Part shown: positions 31,378 to 40,155 of the stretch, in pieces | Numbering within the stretch: position 1 is the stretch's first letter | How the letters are laid out: every line of letters begins with the position of its first letter | NCBI GenBank assembly: GCA_018661775.1 | Contig: JABJHO010000014.1 | Coordinates: 42,305-106,304, forward strand | Length of the DNA stretch: 64,000 nt | Origin: Candidatus Magasanikiibacteriota bacterium | GTDB lineage: Bacteria > Patescibacteriota > Patescibacteriia > Magasanikbacterales > UBA922 | Direction: 5' to 3' | The notes under the pieces: model-generated | Told to the model about the DNA's origin: nothing | The model's database searches: none | What the model saw: only the letters and a program-made list of their open reading frames with translations | Program-made: the position numbers and the translations under genes

Positions 31378-32808
31378 ATGGAATTACACACATTATCAAT
31401 TGCCGAAGCAAGAAAAGGTTTGGATGACAAACAGTTTTCTTCTGTTGAGCTGACACAGGCGTGTTTGGAAAGAATTGCACAAAGAAATGATGAGATTAAT
31501 GCATTTATTACGGTTACCGAAGAGTTGGCACTTACAGAAGCACAAAAGGCTGACACAAGAATTGCACAAGGGGAGGTAGAAATGCTTACCGGTATTCCGT
31601 TTGGTGTAAAGGATGCTATTTGTGTGCAGGGGGTTCGTACTACTGGTGCAGCCAAGATTTTGGATAATTATACCGCGCCATATGAGGCAACCGTTATCAC
31701 GAGGATAAGAAAACAAGGTGCGGTACTTTTGGGAAAACAAAATTGTGATGGTTTTAGTCATGGGGCAAGCAATGAAAACTCCATGTATGGTCCGGTAAAA
31801 AATCCAATAGACACCACAAAAGTACCTGGTGGTTCTTCTGGTGGTTCAGCAGCTGCTGTTGCAGACAATCAATGCATATTTTCTATCGGAGGAGACACTG
31901 GCGGGTCCATTCGTCAGCCAGCAAGTTTGTGTGGTGTGGTTGGGATGAGACCAAGTTATGGGAGAAATTCTCGATATGGCATTATGGCTTTGGCAAGTTC
32001 TTTGGATGTAATAGGTCCTCTCACAAAAACGGTAGAAGATGCTGCGTTGCTTATGGAAATTATGGCTGGACATGACCCAAAAGATGCCACAACGGTGGTA
32101 GACCATATTCCTGACTATAGTAAAAAAAGTCAAACAGATGTTGCTGGCTTGAAGATAGGAGTGCCAAAAGAGTATTTTTCACAAGATGGTGTAGACCAAG
32201 AAGTGCAAGAACGTATATACCAAAATATAAAGTCATTAGAAAAGCAGGGGTGTACTGTAGTAGAAGTTTCTCTTCCACACACACGATACGCAATTGCAGC
32301 GTATTATGTTCTTATGTCTTCTGAGGACAGCTCAAATTTAGCACGGCTCGATGGTGTTCGGTATGGTGTGCGAGAGGCGCAAGATACGCTGTATAATACG
32401 TATAGCAACTCAAGAGCCGAAGGGTTTCCAGAAGAGGTAAAGCGTAGGATTATGATGGGAACGTATGTGCTGTCTGCTGGATACTATGAAGCGTATTACA
32501 AAAAAGCACAAAAAGTACGGACACTTATTGCACAGGATTTTGAGACTGTGTTCTCGCAAGTTGATGTACTTATTTCCGCAACCTCGCCATTTACTGCATT
32601 TGGGATTGGGGAAAAGTCACAAGATCCCCTTAGCATGTATCTTGCTGATGTTTTAGTGAGTCCAGCCTCTCTTGCTGGTGTGCCAGCACTATCTGTTCCA
32701 GTGGGTACTGCGAGTAATGGCTTACCGATTGGCTTGCAGGTGATCGGACCACGCCTTGGTGAGAGTTGTGTGTTGCAGGTTGGAAATAGTATTTTTAATA
32801 ACCAATAA
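31378..32808 (+). CDS. gatA: Glu/Asp-tRNA amidotransferase subunit A
   Basis: 476 aa. Amidase signature GGSSGGSAAAVA and GGDTGGSIRQPAS. Confidence 0.95.
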   Translation: MELHTLSIAEARKGLDDKQFSSVELTQACLERIAQRNDEINAFITVTEELALTEAQKADTRIAQGEVEMLTGIPFGVKDAICVQGVRTTGAAKILDNYTAPYEATVITRIRKQGAVLLGKQNCDGFSHGASNENSMYGPVKNPIDTTKVPGGSSGGSAAAVADNQCIFSIGGDTGGSIRQPASLCGVVGMRPSYGRNSRYGIMALASSLDVIGPLTKTVEDAALLMEIMAGHDPKDATTVVDHIPDYSKKSQTDVAGLKIGVPKEYFSQDGVDQEVQERIYQNIKSLEKQGCTVVEVSLPHTRYAIAAYYVLMSSEDSSNLARLDGVRYGVREAQDTLYNTYSNSRAEGFPEEVKRRIMMGTYVLSAGYYEAYYKKAQKVRTLIAQDFETVFSQVDVLISATSPFTAFGIGEKSQDPLSMYLADVLVSPASLAGVPALSVPVGTASNGLPIGLQVIGPRLGESCVLQVGNSIFNNQ

Positions 32809-32818
32809 TAATTATCGT

Positions 32819-34228
32819 ATGAAAAAAGCTGATATACAAAAAATGGAATCACAATCAAGGCAGTCTTTTACGTATGCAACGCATGATATTCAAGATTATC
32901 GACAGTCTTGGCGGATATTTCGTATTATGGCTGAATTTGTCGAAGGCTATTCCTTTCTTTCGACGCTAAAAAATGAAATTACTATTTTTGGATCAGCACG
33001 TTTTTCTCCAGATGATCCGTATTATATTATTGCCAGAGAATTAGGAAAGATGTTGGGAGAAAAAGGGCATACCATTATTACAGGCGGTGGTCCTGGTATT
33101 ATGGAAGCAGCAAATCGTGGGGCGCATGACGCTGGTGCAGAGTCTGTGGGGCTAAACATACAATTACCTTTTGAGCAGATACTCAATGCACATACAACCA
33201 AATCTGCATCATTTAATTATTTTTTTACACGCAAAGTAATGTTAACTTCACCTGCGACAGCATTTGTGTGTTTTCCTGGTGGTTTTGGTACAATGGATGA
33301 ATTTTTTGAGGTGGTAGATTTGTGTGAGCTTGGCATGATGCAGTCCGTGCCAATTGTCTTAGTTGGAAGTTCATACTGGAACCCACTTTTGGAATTTCTT
33401 CGAAAGAGTTGTTGCGCTACAGGTTCTATTACAGAAGAACAAATAGATAAAATACATGTTGTTGACACGGCAGAAGAAGCATATATATTGTTACAGGATG
33501 TTGAAGATCGGCCACATGACCCAAACATGGTATTGCATCAGTTTAGCCAAGATGGCAATATAGAGTGGAAGGTATTTAGGATAATGGCAGAACTGGTAGA
33601 AGGGTTTGAGTTTTTGGTAAACATGAAAGAAGATATTACGGTACTTGGAACAAAACACATACCAAAAGATTCGCATTATTATTCTGATGCAGAAAAACTT
33701 GGTAAACAGCTTGTTGATCACGGTTTTTCTGTGGTTACCGGTGGAAAATACGGTATTGCAGAGGCAGTAAACAAAGGTGCATATGAAGCGGGTGGTGCGT
33801 CATACGGACTTGGTATGGATGTTGGTGGGCATAGGGAGCTTAACCCATATCTTACGCAGTCAATGTTATTTCGTTTTGCGTTTACAAGAAAGCTTATTGT
33901 TACGGCACCATCGAAAGGGTTTGTATTTTTCCCAGGTGGGTTTAGTACGCTTCATCAGTTATTTGAAGTGCTTACACTTATTCAAACAAAGAAAATGGCA
34001 AAACGACCTATTATATTATACGACAGAGAATTTTGGCAACCATTGCATGAGTTTATTAAAACAACTATGGTGCATGACGTTGGGACAGTGTCGGATGAAG
34101 ACGATGAGTTGTATCAAATCGTAGACAGTGTGGAGGCTATACATAAAATACTTGGCGAGGCACCCGAAGAGTCAAAACAGTTTACGATGCATTGGGATGA
34201 CGAAACTGCAGCGCACTATAAGCAGTAA
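32819..34228 (+). CDS. Tandem double-LOG (TIGR00730-like) protein; second domain degenerate
   Basis: Domain 1 has TGGGPGIMEAANRGA and PGGFGTMDEFFEV. Domain 2 has TGGKYGIAEAVNKGA and PGGFSTLHQLFEV. ATG 32819 is preferred over the track start 32756. Confidence 0.8.
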   Translation: MKKADIQKMESQSRQSFTYATHDIQDYRQSWRIFRIMAEFVEGYSFLSTLKNEITIFGSARFSPDDPYYIIARELGKMLGEKGHTIITGGGPGIMEAANRGAHDAGAESVGLNIQLPFEQILNAHTTKSASFNYFFTRKVMLTSPATAFVCFPGGFGTMDEFFEVVDLCELGMMQSVPIVLVGSSYWNPLLEFLRKSCCATGSITEEQIDKIHVVDTAEEAYILLQDVEDRPHDPNMVLHQFSQDGNIEWKVFRIMAELVEGFEFLVNMKEDITVLGTKHIPKDSHYYSDAEKLGKQLVDHGFSVVTGGKYGIAEAVNKGAYEAGGASYGLGMDVGGHRELNPYLTQSMLFRFAFTRKLIVTAPSKGFVFFPGGFSTLHQLFEVLTLIQTKKMAKRPIILYDREFWQPLHEFIKTTMVHDVGTVSDEDDELYQIVDSVEAIHKILGEAPEESKQFTMHWDDETAAHYKQ

Positions 34229-34239
34229 TGAGTATTATT

Positions 34240-34268
34240 TTGACAGTTACATGATATTTTGTTATTGT
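34240..34268 (+). promoter_or_regulatory. Sigma-70-type promoter for the tRNA-Ser pair
   Basis: TTGACA, 17-nt spacer, TATTGT, ending 12 nt before the first tRNA. Confidence 0.5.
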
Positions 34269-34280
34269 GTGACTACTTAT

Positions 34281-34370
34281 GGAGAGATGGCAGAGTGGTC
34301 GAATGCGCAGCCTTGGAAAGGCTGTGTACGAGCAATCGTACCGCGGGTTCGAATCCCGCTCTCTCCGCCA
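34281..34370 (+). tRNA. tRNA-Ser (anticodon GGA), CCA encoded
   Basis: Manual cloverleaf: acceptor GGAGAGA/TCTCTCC, anticodon stem CAGCC/GGCTG with loop TTGGAAA, long variable arm, T-arm GCGGG-TTCGAAT-CCCGC, discriminator G then CCA. Confidence 0.9.
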
Positions 34371-34378
34371 ATATAAAA

Positions 34379-34466
34379 GGAGAGGTGCCGGAGTGGTTGA
34401 ACGGGGCGCTCTCGAAAAGCGTTGTCCGGTTTTCTCGGACCGCGGGTTCGAATCCCGCCCTCTCCG
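34379..34466 (+). tRNA. tRNA-Ser (anticodon CGA), CCA not encoded
   Basis: Acceptor GGAGAGG/CCTCTCC, anticodon stem GCGCT/AGCGT with loop CTCGAAA, long variable arm, identical T-arm. Followed by cga, not cca. Confidence 0.9.
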
Positions 34467-34555
34467 CGAATATACAAGAGGTTATGCGGTTTCGCTTCGT
34501 TTCACCCAAATTTTCACACACAGTGGTAAGTCCTTTTTAATTTTTTTTGGGAAAT

Positions 34556-34592
34556 AAAAAACCGCCTCAACCTTTTTTGGTATGTTGGCGGT
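34556..34592 (-). terminator. Possible terminator of the minus-strand GC-rich cassette
   Basis: On the minus strand: accgcc, 20-nt loop, ggcggt, then ttttt. The large loop keeps confidence low. Confidence 0.3.
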
Positions 34593-34627
34593 AAGTAGTT
34601 GGTTTGCTTAGTTCTAGCCTAGCAAAC

Positions 34628-34825
34628 TTATATGGCGGTAATAGTAATGTCGGCTGACCCTCCAAAATTCTTGGCGGTTTCTGCCGCTACACCTGAAAGA
34701 ACGATGGCAGTGTACCAGAAATCTGGGTAGCCACCGCAGGCCTTTTTGACCTTGTTGCGGTTGGTGTTCCACTCGATTTCGGACTTACTGCTTTTCATCA
34801 GCGCCACAACTTCACGTTGGGTCAC
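34628..34825 (-). CDS. Small protein of unknown function (65 aa)
   Basis: The GTG start overlaps the upstream stop (GTGA). GC-richer than its surroundings. No recognisable family. Confidence 0.5.
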   Translation of the reverse strand: MTQREVVALMKSSKSEIEWNTNRNKVKKACGGYPDFWYTAIVLSGVAAETAKNFGGSADITITAI

Positions 34826-35385
34826 GGTATGCTCCTTTTGACCGCTAAGAAGTGAATGTCTTTTCTGTCAAACGCATCGCTTTCCCAGGTCTCACTCAGG
34901 CTTAGTACCTGCTTACCTTCAGACTTTTGGAGAATCGGGACATTTATGTGTCCGCAATGAGCCTTCCAGTCAGATCCAAGGGCTACCACGTAACTCTCTT
35001 CTAGGTTTGGATACATAACACTTAGTGCCAGTAACTCTTCGAGAGTTGCGGGTCTGAAACCTTGGTCTTCGAGCTGCGCTTTTGGTGGTTTAGAAAAAGG
35101 GGTCATTCTCAGACGAACCATTTCGACCTTAACCTGTTCCGCGTTACAGTCGTTTTCACGGACACCGCGCACCTCATAGGCGTTGTCATCGCTCAAGATT
35201 CCACTGTAGGCAAAACTTACCCAGTCATATTTTCCTGCTTCAATCATGGTCTTGTGTTTGCAGTTGACCATCACTGAGTAATTTGGGTTTGGTTGCTGGT
35301 TATAATTAGAGGTTGGTTCCTCTGGTGCCGAACAACAAGACAGTGTCAAAATGACACAAATAAAGATAAAAGCTTTCTTTTCCAT
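34822..35385 (-). CDS. Lipoprotein of unknown function (187 aa)
   Basis: Signal peptide with lipobox MEKKAFIFICVILTLSC. GC-richer codon usage than neighbouring genes. Confidence 0.6.
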   Translation of the reverse strand: MEKKAFIFICVILTLSCCSAPEEPTSNYNQQPNPNYSVMVNCKHKTMIEAGKYDWVSFAYSGILSDDNAYEVRGVRENDCNAEQVKVEMVRLRMTPFSKPPKAQLEDQGFRPATLEELLALSVMYPNLEESYVVALGSDWKAHCGHINVPILQKSEGKQVLSLSETWESDAFDRKDIHFLAVKRSIP

Positions 35386-35552
35386 GGTTGGTATTTCTCC
35401 TTTGTACCAATGGGTTATCAGTCATAGCAGTTTTAGCCAGGACTCTTTAAATCGCTAGTACTAAACGAGCTAAAAGTCATGGCTAAAAGTATTTAAAAGC
35501 GGTTTTAAAGGAACAGTGCAACTCAGCACTCTCTTAGAGAAGAGGTTGGTGG

Positions 35553-35581
35553 TTGACGGTATTTGAATACTAGCATATAAT
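35553..35581 (+). promoter_or_regulatory. Near-consensus sigma-70 promoter about 190 nt upstream of the next + strand ORF
   Basis: TTGACG, 17-nt spacer, TATAAT. Confidence 0.5.
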
Positions 35582-35775
35582 TATGGTTCTGTCAAGTTTA
35601 AGCACAAGATATAGTAAAGAAAATGCTAAAATTCCTATTTAGGTATGAGTTCCAACAATAATACGACAAACAATAGGCGGTTCGTGATTTGTTCACAAAC
35701 TTACGGTTCATTGGCGTTCTAGTCCCTATTATTACATTATCTTTCGTCGTAGTACTTATAATTAATACAGAATAA

Positions 35776-36489
35776 ATGAAAATCATATTTTTAGCATTTA
35801 TCTTTTGCTTTTTGGTTGAGAAAATTATTCCTGGTTGGGAATTGCCCAAAGTGAAGACCTGGCCATTAAGAGTTTTGGTAATCAATGGAATTCAATTGAT
35901 TGTTGTTGTAATTGGCGGCTTAACTTGGGAAAAATGGTTATCATCCTATTCAATATTTCATTTTGATGTTTTGGAAAACAATTGGATTGGGGCAGGTGTT
36001 GCATATGTTATTGCCACATTCATTTTTTACTGGTGGCATCGCTGGAGACATGAATTTGATGCTTTGTGGTTAGGGTTTCACCAGATTCATCATAGTCCGC
36101 AACGATTGGAGGTTATAACAAGTTTTTATAAGCATCCAGGAGAAATGATAGCTAATTCCATATTAGGGAGTGTTATTGTGTATGTAATTTTAGGGCTTAG
36201 TATAGAAGCAGGAGTAATGTATACGGTGTTTACCGCGCTTGGTGAGTTTTTTTACCACACAAATATTAAGACACCAAGATGGGTAGGGTTTTTCTTTCAG
36301 CGACCAGAAATGCATAGAATTCATCATCAATATAATCGACATAAGAATAATTATGGAGACATTACTTGGTGGGATATGCTTTTTGGAACCTATGAAAATC
36401 CAAAGGAATGGGCACATACCTGTGGATTTGATGATGCAAAAGAGCAAAAATTAATACCTATGTTACAATACAAAGACGTACATAAATGA
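35776..36489 (+). CDS. Fatty acid hydroxylase / sterol desaturase superfamily membrane protein
   Basis: Three His boxes: HRWRH, HQIHH and HRIHH. Polytopic. Confidence 0.7.
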   Translation: MKIIFLAFIFCFLVEKIIPGWELPKVKTWPLRVLVINGIQLIVVVIGGLTWEKWLSSYSIFHFDVLENNWIGAGVAYVIATFIFYWWHRWRHEFDALWLGFHQIHHSPQRLEVITSFYKHPGEMIANSILGSVIVYVILGLSIEAGVMYTVFTALGEFFYHTNIKTPRWVGFFFQRPEMHRIHHQYNRHKNNYGDITWWDMLFGTYENPKEWAHTCGFDDAKEQKLIPMLQYKDVHK

Positions 36490-36575
36490 GACTAAATTTT
36501 TAGAAATATATCACCTAACATTGATTTTTTCTAGGAATTTTAGTATACTCTTGGTACTTAAATAAGAAAATCTAT

Positions 36576-37052
36576 ATGAATTACAACCTCATACTTACAA
36601 CCATAATATGTATTACGTTGTTTGCCGGTTGTGGAAATAGTGAAAAAGACAAAAATAACATGCATGTAGAAAAACAAACAGACACCAAAAGCATTGAAGT
36701 GTCTGGAGGGTTTTCGTATGTACAGCATACTTCTGGGAGTGTTGGACCATATACACAGACAACGCTTCGAAAAGTGTGTTTTGAGCCAGCACAATTAGAG
36801 ACTATAAATAATGGTAATGTGTTTTGTTTTACCAATACACAAGAAGCCTTGCGTGTTTTAGGTGTGACAGATTTAGATGACTCTTGTCAGAGATATTGGG
36901 GGATTGCAACAATACAAATAAAAAACCTTACTGATACGGTTGGTTCCATATCTAAAGGAGATGACTGTGTAAAGCAGGGGAGTTGTTCCACAAACCAGGC
37001 AGAACTTGTTGGTGTAACAGAATATTTTCAAACTGCTACATGTAAAAAATAA
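36576..37052 (+). CDS. Cys-rich lipoprotein of unknown function
   Basis: Lipobox ITLFAGC. 158 aa with several Cys in the mature part. Lies directly upstream of the FTR1 permease. Confidence 0.5.
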   Translation: MNYNLILTTIICITLFAGCGNSEKDKNNMHVEKQTDTKSIEVSGGFSYVQHTSGSVGPYTQTTLRKVCFEPAQLETINNGNVFCFTNTQEALRVLGVTDLDDSCQRYWGIATIQIKNLTDTVGSISKGDDCVKQGSCSTNQAELVGVTEYFQTATCKK

Positions 37053-37114
37053 GAGATTTAGTCCATTATCTTTTTCGGTGAAAACAACATTAATTTACGT
37101 AGGTTATTTTATTT

Positions 37115-37945
37115 ATGGAGCAAACAATACAAGCAATGATTATTTCTTTTCGAGAAGGGTTGGAAGCTTTTTTAATTATTACCATCCTTTTAGAATTTCT
37201 AAATAAAACAAATAATACTCGCCTTAAGCCGGTGGTCTGGCATGGAGCAATTACAGGCATTGCTGTTTCTTTTGTTTTTGGTATTGGGTTATTTTGGATT
37301 GCGTCATATATCGGTGCGGTAGACGCAACGGCTAAATTGTGGGAAAGTGTTATGAGTCTTGCGGCGGTTGGCCTTATTGGTACATTTATTGTTGGTATAA
37401 TTAAGCATGGTCGGCATATTGCCACACATATTAAAAATAAGGCAGCGTTGAATATTTCTAAAAAAGGTATGTTTCTTCTTGCATTATTTTTGGTAGCCAG
37501 AGAAGGGGTCGAAATAGCTATTTTTTCTTTTGCAGGAAAATACACGCTTTTCCCCATTCTTGTTGGGGTTGCTTTATCTCTGTTTGTGGTAATACTGATT
37601 CATTTTGCAATTATTAATATTAGATTACAAACTATTTTTATAATAACGTTGGTGTATCTTATACTCCAATCTGGTTTTTTGTTTGGATACAGTATACACG
37701 AAGGACTTTCTGCTTTAAAAAGTTTACAACTACTGGCAGAGAATAATATATTTTTAACAAAAGCATTTAATCTGTCAGATACCATATTCTCACATAAAGA
37801 TGGTATTATTGGGATGCCATTATATATATTGTTTGGATGGTATTCCAAGCCCGAATGGATACAATTGTTTGCGCAGTATGGATTTACTGCCGCATTTTTT
37901 GCATTTTGGTATAAACAATCGATACCTAAAAAATCACGCTCTTAG
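37115..37945 (+). CDS. FTR1/EfeU-family high-affinity iron permease
   Basis: Two REXXE motifs (REGLEAF and REGVEIA) in a 7-TM protein. Confidence 0.8.
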   Translation: MEQTIQAMIISFREGLEAFLIITILLEFLNKTNNTRLKPVVWHGAITGIAVSFVFGIGLFWIASYIGAVDATAKLWESVMSLAAVGLIGTFIVGIIKHGRHIATHIKNKAALNISKKGMFLLALFLVAREGVEIAIFSFAGKYTLFPILVGVALSLFVVILIHFAIINIRLQTIFIITLVYLILQSGFLFGYSIHEGLSALKSLQLLAENNIFLTKAFNLSDTIFSHKDGIIGMPLYILFGWYSKPEWIQLFAQYGFTAAFFAFWYKQSIPKKSRS

Positions 37946-37971
37946 TAGTGTTAAAGATATATATCCTAAAA

Positions 37972-38006
37972 ACAAAAAAAGACCCTTATTTATACTCGCT
38001 GGGTCT
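37972..38006 (-). terminator. Terminator of the minus-strand gene 38027-38521
   Basis: On the minus strand: agaccc, 15-nt loop, gggtct, followed by a T7 run. Confidence 0.45.
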
Positions 38007-38026
38007 TGGGTGCGAGGGTGAGAGGC

Positions 38027-38521
38027 TTAGGTGTGTGGGTTGTACTTGCCCAAAGGCGCGCGCATTTCTGCTGCTCTATAGAGCGTCACACTGACTTCAA
38101 GCATCTCTTGAAGCGAATCGACCACATAGAGGTTGGAGAGTCGAAGCTTCTTGAGATGCTCTTTGACTAGTGCTCGTGCGCGCAAGCTCTCCTTTCTGGC
38201 AACCGCGTCTTCGAGGTTATCATCAAGTTCTTGTTCGATCATGATGACAAAATCTCGACGATCTTCTAGCCTAATAGCGTTTAGCACGCTAAAGCCAGTT
38301 TCAGCGAGAGAGCCTGTGCCATAGGTTTCTCCTGTTATCGGGAAGAGAACGACTTGGTCGTTCGCTAGGTGCTCCGCTTCGATCACGGCGTCTTCAGGTT
38401 TCCAGTCCTCAACCTGTGGGTTAAAGAACTGAATACCTTCTTGGTTGTAGTGACTCATGAATGGAGTGCGCCATTGAGAGTTTCCACAGGTTCCAAAAAG
38501 ACCAATATATAACGTACCCAT
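38027..38521 (-). CDS. Nucleoside 2-deoxyribosyltransferase-like superfamily protein
   Basis: 164 aa. LYIGLFGTCGNSQWR near the N-terminus and ITGETYGTGSLAETGF (GT..E.G block) fit the NDT-like Rossmannoid fold as I remember it. Strong SD aaggagg. GC-richer than neighbours. Confidence 0.45.
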   Translation of the reverse strand: MGTLYIGLFGTCGNSQWRTPFMSHYNQEGIQFFNPQVEDWKPEDAVIEAEHLANDQVVLFPITGETYGTGSLAETGFSVLNAIRLEDRRDFVIMIEQELDDNLEDAVARKESLRARALVKEHLKKLRLSNLYVVDSLQEMLEVSVTLYRAAEMRAPLGKYNPHT

Positions 38522-38864
38522 AATTACCTCCTTATTGGTAGTGGGTGGTTACGTTTGAGTGTGCACTTTAACACAGTTGTCATTATTTGTCAAGTGTTTT
38601 TCGGGATTTGGGCTAAAATTAGAGGAAAACGTATTGTAAACACTCTTTGGTATTTTTTTTGTTTCTTGGTGCGCTTTTAGGTTGTTTATCTGTGGTTTTG
38701 GTTATAAACTTGTATGTTGGTCTAAAAAGTGCACACACGCTCACTCCTTCTTCGGGTCCACATCCACCACAACAAAATAAGTAATTTTTTCTTTTTGTAT
38801 AATTTGTATAGTATTGATATTTTTGATATACTCAGTATAGCTTTTATTTAATATATATACACAT

Positions 38865-39263
38865 ATGCAACATTTTGTTAATGCACTAAAGAAGTACGCT
38901 GTATTCAGTGGTCGTGCTACACGTTCGGAGTATTGGTACTTTGTCCTTTTTTATAGTATATTTGCTTTTGTGATATCTGTTGTAGAGGGTTTTATACCAG
39001 TATCTTCGGGCTCTGGTAAGTTTATGTGGTTGAGTGTTTTGTATATGTTGGTTATGGTTTTACCTAGTTTTGGGTTGGTCTTTCGACGATTACATGATAC
39101 AGGTCGTTCAGGTTGGTGGTGGCTTATAAATCTTGTTCCGTTTGTGGGTGTGGTTGTTTTTCTTGTCTTTATGTGTTTAGACAGCGCTCCTGGTGAGAAC
39201 CAGTACGGTTCAAGCCCAAAAGGGGTTTCAGCCACCAACCCACCGCAACCAAACATGTCATAG
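38865..39263 (+). CDS. DUF805-family inner membrane protein
   Basis: FSGRATRSEYWYF and RRLHDTGRSGWWWLINLVPFVG. Confidence 0.8.
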   Translation: MQHFVNALKKYAVFSGRATRSEYWYFVLFYSIFAFVISVVEGFIPVSSGSGKFMWLSVLYMLVMVLPSFGLVFRRLHDTGRSGWWWLINLVPFVGVVVFLVFMCLDSAPGENQYGSSPKGVSATNPPQPNMS

Positions 39264-39336
39264 TGTCTTATATCTTTTTACACAAAAGAAAAACCACCAT
39301 CATTGGTGGTTTTTTATAATACACACCAGCAATTAT

Positions 39337-40143
39337 TTACTTAAACAGGTGATACTTTTTTTGCGTAAATACTATACCAATCAAAAACATGCCGATGCTG
39401 AGTATTTGACCCATGGTAAGTGGTCCTAGAATAAAACCAAGATGTGCATCTGGTTCTCTGGTGTATTCAAGAAGAAAGCGGGCCGTGGCGTATCCGAGCA
39501 TGTATATACCAAGGAGTCGTCCTTTTGCCCATATTTTGGATTTTATTGTCCACAGTAGTGCAAATAGAACCAGCCCTTCAAAACAGGCTTCGTAGAGTTG
39601 CGATGGGTGTCGGAGTAATCCGTCACCAAAATTCATGGCAAGTGGGTGAGTGGTAACCCTACCATATAGTTCGCCATTGATAAAGTTACCAATTCTGCCA
39701 AAAAAATACCCCAAAGGAATAGCCGGAATAAACAGATCAATGAGTTTTTGTATGGAGAGTGTTCTTTTTTTGGCAAACCAGAGTCCTGCAACTATTGCGC
39801 CAATGAGTCCACCATGATACGACATGCCAGCAATACCCACAAGTTTTCCGTCTGCAAATGGCCATAGTATTTGGAGTGGGTGAGAGATATAGTACGAGAA
39901 GTTGTAGAACAAGACATATCCCAGTCTTCCGCCAACAAGGAGTCCGGTAATTGCCCAAATTGTTGCGTCATAGACTGTTTCTTTAGAAAATTCCCAGGAT
40001 TCTTTTTTGAGCCTATACAATACAAGGAGTATGGTTGTGGCAAAAGCCAAAATGTACATGGCTCCGTACCAATGAAGCCGAAAAAAACCCGCATCAAAAA
40101 TATATGGTGATATGTGTAGAGGTAATTCTTGGTAGAAGGTCAT
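39337..40143 (-). CDS. lgt: Prolipoprotein diacylglyceryl transferase
   Basis: 268 aa. GGRLGYV, GRIGNFINGELYG and HPSQLYE. Confidence 0.9.
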   Translation of the reverse strand: MTFYQELPLHISPYIFDAGFFRLHWYGAMYILAFATTILLVLYRLKKESWEFSKETVYDATIWAITGLLVGGRLGYVLFYNFSYYISHPLQILWPFADGKLVGIAGMSYHGGLIGAIVAGLWFAKKRTLSIQKLIDLFIPAIPLGYFFGRIGNFINGELYGRVTTHPLAMNFGDGLLRHPSQLYEACFEGLVLFALLWTIKSKIWAKGRLLGIYMLGYATARFLLEYTREPDAHLGFILGPLTMGQILSIGMFLIGIVFTQKKYHLFK

Positions 40144-40155
40144 AAATATATGTTG

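Noticed and set aside
34281-35450. A classical tRNA-targeting integrative element downstream of the tRNA-Ser pair.
   Set aside because: There is no integrase or recombinase. No direct repeat of the tRNA 3' end (gggttcgaatccc..) occurs anywhere downstream in the window. Only the compositional anomaly is reported.
38557-38736. An inverted repeat gagtgtgcacttt / aaagtgcacac (11 bp perfect) spaced ~155 bp apart in the 343-bp gap, as a possible MITE or structured RNA.
   Set aside because: The arms are short, there are no target-site duplications and no second copy in the window. The left arm overlaps the likely promoter of the 38027-38521 gene. The evidence is insufficient.
38647-38784. A TTG-initiated ~45-codon ORF (..FLFLGALLGCLSVVLVINLYVGL..PHPPQQNK) in the same gap, as a possible small membrane protein.
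   Set aside because: It has no ATG and no SD, and its composition could arise by chance in T-rich DNA. I keep it only as a note for ribosome-profiling data.
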